Sequence record: LR756511.1
Length of the DNA stretch: 64,000 bases
Reading direction: 5' to 3' (one strand)
The position numbers and the translations under genes were made by a program. Position 1 is the first letter of the stretch. The number at the start of each line of letters is the position of its first letter. Under the pieces are notes generated by a model. It made no database searches and was not told where the DNA came from. It worked only from the letters and a program-made list of their open reading frames with translations. This document shows positions 9,300 to 18,261 of the stretch, piece by piece.

Positions 9300-9305
9300 T
9301 ATATA
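9300..9305 (+). promoter_or_regulatory. Late-type TANATA box (TATATA)
   Basis: 5 nt before ATG 9311, no SD. Confidence 0.6.
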
Positions 9306-9310
9306 CCTTT

Positions 9311-9550
9311 ATGGACTTCAAGGGTTGGTTTTACACAGAAGGCACACGCACACCATATAAATTAGGACTTTATCCTGATCTATATGACTTTGTTGGGCAA
9401 TATCCACCATTATACGCCGCACCGATTTCAGCCGATTTTGCCTATTACTATTACACTTATTTCGGCCCAAATGGAGCGCCAAGCAAAGATGGATTAGTTT
9501 GGTATAAGCCAATGCACGCGGCTAATGCGCCATATAAGCTACCTCGTTAA
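9311..9550 (+). CDS. Tyr/Pro-rich small protein with capsid-targeting-like N-terminus (MDFKGWFYTE)
   Basis: ORF track; isolated plus-strand gene. Confidence 0.7.
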   Translation: MDFKGWFYTEGTRTPYKLGLYPDLYDFVGQYPPLYAAPISADFAYYYYTYFGPNGAPSKDGLVWYKPMHAANAPYKLPR

Positions 9551-9735
9551 GCTTGCCAGTTATCACGCCAAATATGGAGTTGGATATCGCAGTTGTCACC
9601 CCACTGCTTCTTGAGATTGCGCACAAACACGTCAATATTATTACACTCTTGAGGATCATCCATACGATCTTCAAGCGTAATGGTAGGTTGGCCAGCTACA
9701 ATACCTTGCATCGTGACTTTAAATGAAATGTACAT
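9547..9735 (-). CDS. Hypothetical protein
   Basis: ORF track. Confidence 0.45.
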   Translation of the reverse strand: MYISFKVTMQGIVAGQPTITLEDRMDDPQECNNIDVFVRNLKKQWGDNCDIQLHIWRDNWQA

Positions 9736-9755
9736 TAATCTACTCCAAGCGATTG

Positions 9756-10202
9756 TTATGCGTCTCCAGTAAAATAGACTGAGAAATGCATTCGATTTGC
9801 AAGCTTAACTGACTTCCCAGGCGTTAATATGCCGCTTCTCTCAGAATCGCCTTCGCCTTTGGCGTGATAGGTGATACTTTGTAACGGCACATCCAGCTTG
9901 CCATAAGCCATCTTAACTACGTCGTCGTAGGATAGCTCCTGTTCCTTAATATGAAAACTTTTGCCATTAAGCTTAATATCAAAGCCAAATTGCTTGTCCA
10001 AATCCTTTTCCATCATTTTGCGGAGAATTCCCTCGCAATAATATTTGCCTGGAATTGAGACATGCATTGTGCCTTCCAGTGGACTATCGCTCATTACAAG
10101 ACCATTGCACTTTACACAAAGGAAAGAGGTTGCTAAGAACTTCTCTTCATCCGCCTTGGCCTGTTCTGACGTAATGTTCGAAACGTCGATGAAGTCTTCC
10201 AT
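9756..10202 (-). CDS. Multi-ubiquitin (PF14452-like Ubl) domain protein with N-terminal Cys/His segment
   Basis: IKLNG...ELSYDDVVKMAYG...SITYH...SGILTPGKSVKLANRMHFSVYFTGDA fits the Multi_ubiq beta-grasp pattern. Confidence 0.75.
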   Translation of the reverse strand: MEDFIDVSNITSEQAKADEEKFLATSFLCVKCNGLVMSDSPLEGTMHVSIPGKYYCEGILRKMMEKDLDKQFGFDIKLNGKSFHIKEQELSYDDVVKMAYGKLDVPLQSITYHAKGEGDSERSGILTPGKSVKLANRMHFSVYFTGDA

Positions 10203-10212
10203 TACTTGTTTC

Positions 10213-10398
10213 CTATGGCTTCTTGGGTTCTGGATATGGAAATCGCATCGGCTTAATTTTGTGCATCATTGCTTCGATATTCATGGTGTCATATGCGCCT
10301 TCAAGCCGTGGCATTTTCAAAATGACTTCCCATAGCAATTGGACCTGATCTTCCAGTGCCTTAATCTTTTGGGCGATGCGTTCATCTTCAGCAGTCAT
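10213..10398 (-). CDS. Hypothetical coiled-coil protein
   Basis: ORF directly behind the promoter at 10415-10442. Confidence 0.55.
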   Translation of the reverse strand: MTAEDERIAQKIKALEDQVQLLWEVILKMPRLEGAYDTMNIEAMMHKIKPMRFPYPEPKKP

Positions 10399-10414
10399 TT
10401 TTCACCCTTTCTTT

Positions 10415-10442
10415 ACTTTACTACAGATTGTTGAATTGTTAA
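10415..10442 (-). promoter_or_regulatory. Sigma70-like early promoter
   Basis: TTAACA-N16 (ending TGTAG)-TAAAGT. Confidence 0.65.
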
Positions 10443-10684
10443 GTGATTTTCTTGATTGGCGTGCCAGTCCAGCCGTAAGCGGTTTGCCCGTCAGCCAATC
10501 GCAAATAGTAAAAATCAATTGCAAAAACTGAATTTGGGTTCTTTGTTATACTGGTAACGTGTGCGGCTCTGTCTACACCACCCTCGCAATTGTCTACCGC
10601 ACAATAATCTCGACAGCCTGTTGCGCATTTCTGTTTGATTAAGTCTCCGACTCTGATTTCTTCGATTGGGACGTATTGTTCCAT
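10439..10684 (-). CDS. Small Cys-insert protein, paralogue A
   Basis: IEEIRVGDLI-CATGC..C...C-..VTSI...YLRLADG..YGWTGT. Confidence 0.6.
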   Translation of the reverse strand: MEQYVPIEEIRVGDLIKQKCATGCRDYCAVDNCEGGVDRAAHVTSITKNPNSVFAIDFYYLRLADGQTAYGWTGTPIKKIT

Positions 10685-11460
10685 TGTTTCCTTTGTTCTG
10701 GCGTAGATGAAACCCACAATACTTCGCTATCTTGCCAGATTGTGTATTTAGTTACACGGAATTGATATTCTGGCTTAGCTTTCGTCATTAAGTTGAACAT
10801 TTTAAGAGCGTGACGCACATCAAAGGTGCCATGCACGCCAGTAGACTGCCAGCACTCTCCACTGGCAGAAAAGTCTTTATACGGCTGATCGTCCGTTAAA
10901 GCGCAGAAATCCATATTATATTGAAACCAATCGCCTTCGCCCTTGGCTTCAATAACATAAACTTCATACTTTCCGTCGTTTCTTAGCACGTCGCCGCTCC
11001 ATTTCTTTTTTATGTTCGGCTTCAACTCTAGCGTGTCTATAAGTCTTATTATATAAGTCTTTAGGGTGAATCCAGCTTTTATGGTCTGGTGGCGTATAAG
11101 ATAAAGCTATATTCTTCCATTTAGGGTCTTTATCGTTCTTATTTTTCCATTGAACCAGAAAACCTTCGCCATCATAGCTCCAGTGCGGACCTTCGTGCTT
11201 GCAGCAGCCTTGACAGGTGACTTCATACAATATGGGCTTAGATGGACATTGCCGTATCATTTTCTTCCTTTTAGGTATTCCTCAACAGTGTCATATAAGA
11301 CATTCTCCAGTTTGTCATAGTCATCGACAGATAATTCTTCTAGAATATCCGCCAGTTTTGGGAATTTGGACATAGCTTTTAGGACTTCTTCAACGATTTC
11401 GTCTGCGAAGATCATCTTTAACTCCATTTGAAAAGGGCGGTCTGTCCCCAGCCGCCCCAT
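10639..11460 (-). CDS. Three hypothetical ORFs (10639-11025, 10964-11260, 11257-11460)
   Basis: Overlapping co-directional ORFs; starts uncertain. Confidence 0.5.
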
Positions 11461-11726
11461 TCGTGATCGTTCGTTAATTCAAGATAAATCCACGTTCCAT
11501 TAACCGCTGGTTGATAGCGGATTTGCACCACTTGTTCCCAATGACGCGGGGTTGGTGGGCATTTGAATACAGAATTTGTTCCACATGCCCCGCAACCTGA
11601 GTTTCCTTGACATCCAGACCCACAAAATGAACAATTTAAATTGGTTGTGCTACGACAGCCTGAATCGCAACTGCAACTGATAACATCGCCTAATTTAACT
11701 TGATCTGCTGTAATAAGTGTTTCCAT
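11418..11726 (-). CDS. Small Cys-insert protein, paralogue B
   Basis: ADQVKLGDVI-CSCDSGC...nine Cys...-VVQI...YLELTND..WGGWGQT. Confidence 0.6.
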   Translation of the reverse strand: METLITADQVKLGDVISCSCDSGCRSTTNLNCSFCGSGCQGNSGCGACGTNSVFKCPPTPRHWEQVVQIRYQPAVNGTWIYLELTNDHEWGGWGQTALFKWS

Positions 11727-11730
11727 ACAC

Positions 11731-12212
11731 CTATTTAGTGGCGAGCAGCTTCTTTATCTCTGCAATCGCCTTCTCACGCATCGGCCATTCAATCTGAGAA
11801 AGTGTATCCAATTTACGCAAATGATCTTGCGTCATATACTCTTCAAGACTACTATAAACCCTTTGACGCAAACCAACTATGTATTTTTCAGATGCTTCCA
11901 ACGCATTTAATGCCAGTTGTAACACTTCTTTTTCGGTCATAATATCTTTTTCCATTCCTCTTGAATAATATCTTCGTCGCCATTCCAACCAGCAAAACCG
12001 TATGCATCAAGACCTTCAACGTTTAATTGAAGAAATAAATCGCTTGCCATCAATCCAGCCACCGTAAACACTTGACCGAGGACACAATCTTTCCATAGTC
12101 TAAGGTTTAGTCTATCTTTATCAACCTTGCTACGCCAGTCGGGAGCGTTGGCATCAAGCCATGCTTTGCCTTTTTGGACTCGTTCCCCTGGAAGCTTCTC
12201 GAAAAAAGTCAT
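11731..12212 (-). CDS. Two hypothetical ORFs (11731-11940, 11937-12212)
   Basis: ORF track, coupled stop/start. Confidence 0.5.
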
Positions 12213-12215
12213 ATT

Positions 12216-12830
12216 TTAATTCCCATAATAGGGATAGGGCTTTCCCCATTTACCTTTTTGCCAATCTTCATATTCTCCACCTTCTCTTGGTGGATCAAAA
12301 CTCTTAATCCTGAGATTTTTAGTTTTATAGTATTGGCCCATCAAACTCTCTACCTGTCCCCACGAATCACCAACAATATAATAATCGTATTCGAATGCTT
12401 TGGGACCATACGCCCGATATAATTGTGTTCCACCATCTTTTAATTCGTGAATGCCTGGAGTAAGGTTTGTAACCTTACACAGCGAGTATTTCCTTCCGTA
12501 TGTAAAAGTTCTAATATAGTCAATGATATAAACATCATAAACTGGCACTATATGTCCTAAAGTCGCGCCGTGCGGGTTAGTTTTTTCATCATACGTGGTT
12601 GGAAACGATACAATCTTCGTGCGTGAAAGAATGTTTGGTTTGTCCTTCGCCCAATTTAAAAAGTATTGTGCAGTCCAAGCACAGTTGCCAGAACCAGGAT
12701 TTTCTTTGCTGGTTCCCGCAATGCCCAATTCGCATTTCGGAAATTGACCCTTCATGTAGTCATAAAATGCGTCGGCTACTTGCATAGGCTTACTCTGTAA
12801 ACCTTCCAACCATGTGCTGAATGTTATCAT
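12216..12830 (-). CDS. Putative Cys-His-Asp (papain/transglutaminase-like) enzyme with capsid-targeting-like N-terminus
   Basis: MITFSTWLE; GNCAW, GHIV, IIDY spacing; TAAATA box 4 nt upstream. Confidence 0.5.
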   Translation of the reverse strand: MITFSTWLEGLQSKPMQVADAFYDYMKGQFPKCELGIAGTSKENPGSGNCAWTAQYFLNWAKDKPNILSRTKIVSFPTTYDEKTNPHGATLGHIVPVYDVYIIDYIRTFTYGRKYSLCKVTNLTPGIHELKDGGTQLYRAYGPKAFEYDYYIVGDSWGQVESLMGQYYKTKNLRIKSFDPPREGGEYEDWQKGKWGKPYPYYGN

Positions 12831-12834
12831 ACAT

Positions 12835-12840
12835 TATTTA
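12835..12840 (-). promoter_or_regulatory. Late-type TANATA box (TAAATA)
   Basis: 4 nt before ATG 12830. Confidence 0.55.
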
Positions 12841-13347
12841 ATGTACCACGTTCATAATTCCCCACTTGACTTCTACGTTATTCTCGCCGTAATGCTTCCG
12901 AAGAATCTTTAATTGTTCTTTGAATTGCTCTACAAATTCGATGATTTCAAGCTGCATTAAATTGAGTGTAATTTCTTGTGCGAAGAATTCAGTGCTATGA
13001 GGATCGAACGACCATTCTCTACCTTTGTTCCGAAGATTCGATACCCAAATATCAATGTTATTCTTTTTCCTCCAATAATGGTAATAGTCCCCCATAGGAG
13101 ATATCAGAGCTTCATCCAATTCTTCATACAATTCATATTGGTCAATTTTGAGAACATTTTGTTTGTATTCCACGTCCCCAATTGGTGAACCACAGTCAGC
13201 GCAGAATTTCGCCTTTGGGTTATGATACTCCTTTTTATGTTCAGGACATTTCTTACTAGTGCAAGAACGGCGCGTTAGCACCGCTTCAGCCTTTTCGTTC
13301 TTGCACACAACATAAGGGCCAGCATGGACAGTATAATCAGTACCCAT
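12838..13347 (-). CDS. Zinc-ribbon-containing hypothetical protein
   Basis: CTSKKC...FCADCG. Confidence 0.6.
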   Translation of the reverse strand: MGTDYTVHAGPYVVCKNEKAEAVLTRRSCTSKKCPEHKKEYHNPKAKFCADCGSPIGDVEYKQNVLKIDQYELYEELDEALISPMGDYYHYWRKKNNIDIWVSNLRNKGREWSFDPHSTEFFAQEITLNLMQLEIIEFVEQFKEQLKILRKHYGENNVEVKWGIMNVVH

Positions 13348-14070
13348 TTATTCCCCCATTTTATCAGGAACGATACCCGAAATTTGAGCCTTTAATTCTG
13401 CTTCCTGAACAATAGCCTTTAGCTGAGCCGTTTGAGTCTTGAGCATTTCAATCTTAGATTCCAATTCTGGAATCTTTTCAGGCTTGACCATCTTGAATGC
13501 TTCCATAATTTTCGGGATAGCATTCGCATTCTTGTGAATCTTGTCGTAGTGGGGCGCCAGCTTTTCCTTTGCTCTATTCAAAGCAATAGTAGAACGATAA
13601 TCGCGATATGCGGGGAAAAGCAATTTCTTCAACGTCTCCAGAGGAAGATCGTCGCTTTCCATTTTGAGGGAATTGCAATGGTAGCACATCGTTTGCAGAT
13701 TGTCCAGGGTGTCTTCTCCACCCTTCGACGGCGGAATGATATGCCCCTTGACCATCAGCGTTAAAAATCGCTTACCGCTGTCCTTGTCGCGGTTCTCAGC
13801 ATAGAGATTGATATGGTAGGATGGGCACCCCATGTCATCCGTTAAATCCTTGCTATAATCAAGGAAGACGCGGGTGCCGATGATGCCGCAACAAGCACAG
13901 ACGCGGGAACGCCTAAATAGCTTGTATCGCATTGCACTAATGTTGACAGAATATTCCTTATTGCCGACACTGAATACTCCTGGCATCATTTCGAATACAT
14001 CAGGTGTATATTCGGCAATTTGAACATCGCGTTGCTGCACTGGCGCAATAATGTATCCATCAAGATTCAT
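13348..14070 (-). CDS. HNH endonuclease domain protein
   Basis: CACCG, GHIIPPSKGGEDTLDNLQTMCYHCN. Confidence 0.8.
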   Translation of the reverse strand: MNLDGYIIAPVQQRDVQIAEYTPDVFEMMPGVFSVGNKEYSVNISAMRYKLFRRSRVCACCGIIGTRVFLDYSKDLTDDMGCPSYHINLYAENRDKDSGKRFLTLMVKGHIIPPSKGGEDTLDNLQTMCYHCNSLKMESDDLPLETLKKLLFPAYRDYRSTIALNRAKEKLAPHYDKIHKNANAIPKIMEAFKMVKPEKIPELESKIEMLKTQTAQLKAIVQEAELKAQISGIVPDKMGE

Positions 14071-14090
14071 GTTTCTTTACTCCAAAATGA

Positions 14091-14125
14091 AATGGTCATA
14101 GCTCCACCACGGAGCTATGACCATT
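14091..14125. promoter_or_regulatory. Perfect 15-bp inverted repeat (leader hairpin or terminator-like)
   Basis: AATGGTCATAGCTCC-accac-GGAGCTATGACCATT. Confidence 0.8.
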
Positions 14126-14127
14126 CC

Positions 14128-14136
14128 GTACAGCTG
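14128..14136 (-). promoter_or_regulatory. CAGCTGTAC motif copy 5
   Basis: Exact, intergenic, immediately 5' of the hairpin. Confidence 0.7.
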
Positions 14137-14138
14137 TG

Positions 14139-14999
14139 TTAGATGGGGGATGTATCGTAGCCTAAACGAGTCAGCCGCGCCTTGACCACTCGCTTATGGC
14201 GTTCGGGTTCGCCGCCCTTAATTTCGGCCATGTTACGGGTATAGAGCGTCAGCGAACGCTTCCATCCGCGCATCTTGTCGAAATCCCGTAATGCCGCTGG
14301 ATATGCTGCCAGCAGCGTCGGCAAATCGAAGGAGGGTTTGGGTTTCATGTCAGTTCCTTTCTGAAGTTTGGGTTCTGTGACCACAGGTTTCCTACGCAAA
14401 ACCTTAGTTAAAGCGGTTGATTCCAATGTAAACAATAACATTGGATTCTGATTGTCTTGATAGCGGAAATAAGCCTTGTTCGCGTATGGAACAAACCTAA
14501 TCTTCAATTCATCAAATAGTTCTTCAAAGATTGTAAAATATGTTCCAATTCGGTAATCGCCATCGCAAGGATAGTTGAGCGAAGTATCGAACAGCTTCCT
14601 TGACTGTTTATACTGCGCACATTTACGCTTGAGCAAAGGAATATCGGGGCGCCAAGCATAGTTAAAACAAAAGCTAACCCTGAATGGCGGAATAAGACTA
14701 GGGATAAGTTGATCCCTGATCCAATCATATAATCTATCATCCATCGACCCAATAAAGTCTAGGAACGCAAAGTCAATCCTGTCTTTAATTTCTAATTCGT
14801 GCGCCTCCCCAATATGCAAATCCGCATTAGGAAACCGCCGAGCCTGTATCTTAATTAATTTGGCTAGAAGTTTATCCTTTTCGATTAAGTACAGGTGGTG
14901 GTATTTAGAGATTGTTCCATTCTCTAAGGCTAGCTTAACGCAGTTGCATTCTGCTCCAGGTAAGAAGATTGCGCCATGCATGGACTTGAAATCATCCAC
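14139..14999 (-). CDS. SAM-dependent methyltransferase-fold-like protein
   Basis: IFLPGAE motif-I-like loop, LYLIEKD, DLHIGE, IDFAFLDF strand pattern. Confidence 0.45.
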   Translation of the reverse strand: MDDFKSMHGAIFLPGAECNCVKLALENGTISKYHHLYLIEKDKLLAKLIKIQARRFPNADLHIGEAHELEIKDRIDFAFLDFIGSMDDRLYDWIRDQLIPSLIPPFRVSFCFNYAWRPDIPLLKRKCAQYKQSRKLFDTSLNYPCDGDYRIGTYFTIFEELFDELKIRFVPYANKAYFRYQDNQNPMLLFTLESTALTKVLRRKPVVTEPKLQKGTDMKPKPSFDLPTLLAAYPAALRDFDKMRGWKRSLTLYTRNMAEIKGGEPERHKRVVKARLTRLGYDTSPI

Positions 15000-15024
15000 G
15001 GCAATTTGACGCGCAATCTTCTTT

Positions 15025-17247
15025 TCATCGCCGTCCCACTGTCATATTCTCGTCATTTTCATTCTCTTTCTGTAGGAAGTGATTGTTGAACATGCTCGCG
15101 GGCTTCGCAATGATTGGAGCATCTGGATTCGTATAGATTTGCTCATAAAGAGCAAGTTCGATGCACTTAATGTTCCCCATACGGTCAAAGTGAATGTGCG
15201 GTTCAATACCGCGTGCCTTTGCGCCGCTCTGTTTAATAGAGGTGGTTTTACGGCTACTACGAACGCGGCCAATGACAGCAGTATCTTCCTTCATGGTTCG
15301 GAAGGCAAAGAAGATCAACCCCTTATTCTTTCGCTTTCCAATTTGAAAACGGAAGGTGTCTTTCTTGCTTGCGTCCGCGTCCTGATACTCCTTTTCGAAA
15401 TACTTAGGAATCTCGCCAGGTCGCAAAATCCTGAACCCCTTATAATCGTAGCTCTTTTCAATCGCCGCCAAAATTGGCTCTGGAAAAACCACTTGCGGCG
15501 CCACCCATCTTCCAGTGGGGCGACTCTTTCTTTTAAGACGGATTTGTGCCGCTTGCCAGCGAATATCACGACCAAAGGCAATGTTGATAATATCGAACAG
15601 GGGCTTCGCCTTTTCGTCTTCGTCGGTGAACGCCCAATACTTCTTGAATTCCATGCCATTCTGAGTGGCACGAATATGTGGCGCGATAGCCCTGCCATTT
15701 TCCTTCTTATAAGCCCTGCCAAATGTCTTGATATAGGTTTGAAGAATATCGTAATTATCCTCGCTGAGAACCACGATACGCTGTCCGAAATAGCCAGCAG
15801 CACGACCGACCAAGCCTTGAACCAATGCCGTCGCGGAGGAATACGTTTTCGTGAAGTCAATAAAGACTTCTACGGACTTCGGGAAACGATTGGACATGCG
15901 ACCTTTGGCACTAACTGCAATGATAAAGAATCTTCCCATATTAACGCAGGCGTCAATCTGAGTAAGAAGTTCTTTATATTCCATGCCGCGATAATACTTA
16001 ATAATCGCAACCTTTTCCTTGATCTTCTTCTCAAGTTCAGTCTTCATTTCATCCAACAGCCAATCGGATTGCTCATTATTGCAAACCAATCGCGTGCAAA
16101 TACCAGTCTTCCCTTCTTTCTTATAATGGGCGAGAATGGTGCAAATTTGTTCAACCAAAACTGGTTGATATTCCTTGGCAGTTTCAATGCCATTGACAAA
16201 TAATGAATCGTCCTTTTTGTAAACTTTGTTGAAAAGCTTGGAGCTATAAGCCATCTTTGGAAGCAAAGGCACTACGGCCAAGCCGAGTCGTCGTTGCAGC
16301 ATGGGGAATGATTCGATGATGGGGGTGACAATCGGAACGCCTTTGTCAATAATGACGCCATTAAAGAAGTTGAAACCAACATACCCTGGACCTAGCTTGA
16401 GATAGATTTTCTCAATCCAGTCCGAGCAAATGTAGGTGAATGGCGTAGCAGAAACGAAAATGATTTGGTGATTGTTGTTGACGACTTCCCGCTTGATTTC
16501 TGGCCCGAAAATCTGAGCGGCAATTGAACCCTCATTCTCCGCGTAATGGGTTTCATCCCATACCGTAATCAGGGTCTTTCCTTGCGCGGTCAGATTCTTA
16601 ATGCGATCCTTTAACTTAGTCTTAATCTCGCGCTTGCTGGTCATGCTCCAAATCTGAGGCGCATAGCAACCATGCTCGTTCTCATCACTCTCGCCATCCT
16701 TGACCAATTCCTCATAGGTGGCCTGATGAACACTATTCTTGAAAATAATCATCTTCAAGAAATGAATCATCAAATGATACGTGGTCGCGGTCATTTGCTG
16801 AATTGTGGTATCGCCTGGACACACATACAGGAATTCACAATGCTGACCGTGAAGGCGATACCACAACCGCTTGAGGAGAATGTAAAGAACACAGGAGCCG
16901 TTTTTGCCGCTTTGCACGGCACCAATAGCGGCAAACATACCTTTTTGCTGATCGGCAACAGGCTTTGTGAGAATGTTGCGACGGATTAGCGCGGCATTGT
17001 AGGGAGCGAGATTGCGGTCAATCGCACGGTCTACATGACCGAAGGTAGTCTTAATGAGGAGGAGAACAGCCGATTCGATTTCATTGCTGTGAATTTCGGG
17101 AGGGATTTGCGTGCAAAGACGGCGAACTTCGTCTTCCGTAATCTTCGGCGCAATCGCGGAGAGAGGCAAACCATGCTTCTTGAACATGGCGTTGAATTTA
17201 TCGCATACATCGGTATACCAGTCGCTTAATGCTTTGACGGTGAACAT
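15025..17247 (-). CDS. Superfamily 2 helicase-like ATPase (QSGK, DExH)
   Basis: AVQSGKN Walker A, WDETHY, VSATP, VQGLVGRAAGY. Confidence 0.8.
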   Translation of the reverse strand: MFTVKALSDWYTDVCDKFNAMFKKHGLPLSAIAPKITEDEVRRLCTQIPPEIHSNEIESAVLLLIKTTFGHVDRAIDRNLAPYNAALIRRNILTKPVADQQKGMFAAIGAVQSGKNGSCVLYILLKRLWYRLHGQHCEFLYVCPGDTTIQQMTATTYHLMIHFLKMIIFKNSVHQATYEELVKDGESDENEHGCYAPQIWSMTSKREIKTKLKDRIKNLTAQGKTLITVWDETHYAENEGSIAAQIFGPEIKREVVNNNHQIIFVSATPFTYICSDWIEKIYLKLGPGYVGFNFFNGVIIDKGVPIVTPIIESFPMLQRRLGLAVVPLLPKMAYSSKLFNKVYKKDDSLFVNGIETAKEYQPVLVEQICTILAHYKKEGKTGICTRLVCNNEQSDWLLDEMKTELEKKIKEKVAIIKYYRGMEYKELLTQIDACVNMGRFFIIAVSAKGRMSNRFPKSVEVFIDFTKTYSSATALVQGLVGRAAGYFGQRIVVLSEDNYDILQTYIKTFGRAYKKENGRAIAPHIRATQNGMEFKKYWAFTDEDEKAKPLFDIINIAFGRDIRWQAAQIRLKRKSRPTGRWVAPQVVFPEPILAAIEKSYDYKGFRILRPGEIPKYFEKEYQDADASKKDTFRFQIGKRKNKGLIFFAFRTMKEDTAVIGRVRSSRKTTSIKQSGAKARGIEPHIHFDRMGNIKCIELALYEQIYTNPDAPIIAKPASMFNNHFLQKENENDENMTVGRR

Positions 17248-17286
17248 GCGTTTGTCTCCGCGATGGGTCGATTGTTCCGATACTTC

Positions 17287-17314
17287 ACTTTACTGACGAA
17301 AACCGCTTTGTCAA
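17287..17314 (-). promoter_or_regulatory. Sigma70-like early promoter
   Basis: TTGACA-N16 (ending AG)-TAAAGT. Confidence 0.8.
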
Positions 17315-17425
17315 ATGGATTGCGAATTTTTTTTTTGCAGGCAACAAATGCGAACTGCTCGCAAAATTTCGACCTGACGCAAACCATTGTCTGACAGGAG
17401 GATAAAACTTGCAGCAGCCTACAGA

Positions 17426-17710
17426 TCACTTTCCATTGTATGTCTCCCACGGATAGTCAAATCCAAACTCTTCGTAGGAATTTGTGCAAAAACTTACGTC
17501 CTCTGGATCATATTCGGGTGCGGGTTCAGTAAGAGCATCATTCAGGCAGCGCGGGCAAAGATCGACTTCCTGCAAACCCTGACCACGCTTGTACTTCTGT
17601 TTACAGTCCTGGCATGTTACTTCAACCGAACAAGAATCGCAAAGCTTGTCCCATGCCTTAGAAGCATTGCCGCAACCATTACAGATAGGGGGTGGTAGTT
17701 TATTGTCCAT
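17426..17710 (-). CDS. Cys-rich zinc-finger hypothetical protein
   Basis: Four CxxC pairs. Confidence 0.55.
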   Translation of the reverse strand: MDNKLPPPICNGCGNASKAWDKLCDSCSVEVTCQDCKQKYKRGQGLQEVDLCPRCLNDALTEPAPEYDPEDVSFCTNSYEEFGFDYPWETYNGK

Positions 17711-17725
17711 AGTAAATCCTTGTTA

Positions 17726-18259
17726 TTAAAGAAACCGATATTTAGAGTTAAAGTAGTGAACGTGAGCGACAGGCTCAGAACAGCCAGTTTCGACAATATG
17801 TGACACAATTGTTTTTTCTGGCACTTCCACACCAATATACGTTGGGTCCGTTCTATTAACCTTAACTTTACGGCGAGAAAGGGTTGTATTTTTAACTTCC
17901 ATTGTTAAGTCTAATACCTTGCCATTCACGACATTCCATGCATGGTGATAAGGAATCATTCCTTCGTGGCAAAACCCTTCATAATACTTAATTTGAGACG
18001 CCTTATCAGCGTAAACAAGAAGCATTTGAGCATTATAGAAGCACCGCTTAATCTTCGGTCGCTTGGTCCTCTTATATTCTTTCGCAACAATAAGCTCGCG
18101 GGACCGCATCATATCTACAAACGTTTCCCCTTGCTCCAGCATTAGTGTATAATACTTAGCTTGCTCTGGCGCCGTAGCCTTGAGGAGATCGCCCATTGCC
18201 GCGATATAATTGCGAAGATGCTCCAGATTTTCTTTCTGTTGCTTGTTCATATCACCCAT
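17726..18259 (-). CDS. Transglutaminase-like (Cys-His-Asp) protein
   Basis: RCFYNA, YEGF, HHAWN, VLDLT; start may be ATG 18250. Confidence 0.6.
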   Translation of the reverse strand: MGDMNKQQKENLEHLRNYIAAMGDLLKATAPEQAKYYTLMLEQGETFVDMMRSRELIVAKEYKRTKRPKIKRCFYNAQMLLVYADKASQIKYYEGFCHEGMIPYHHAWNVVNGKVLDLTMEVKNTTLSRRKVKVNRTDPTYIGVEVPEKTIVSHIVETGCSEPVAHVHYFNSKYRFL

Positions 18260-18261
18260 TC

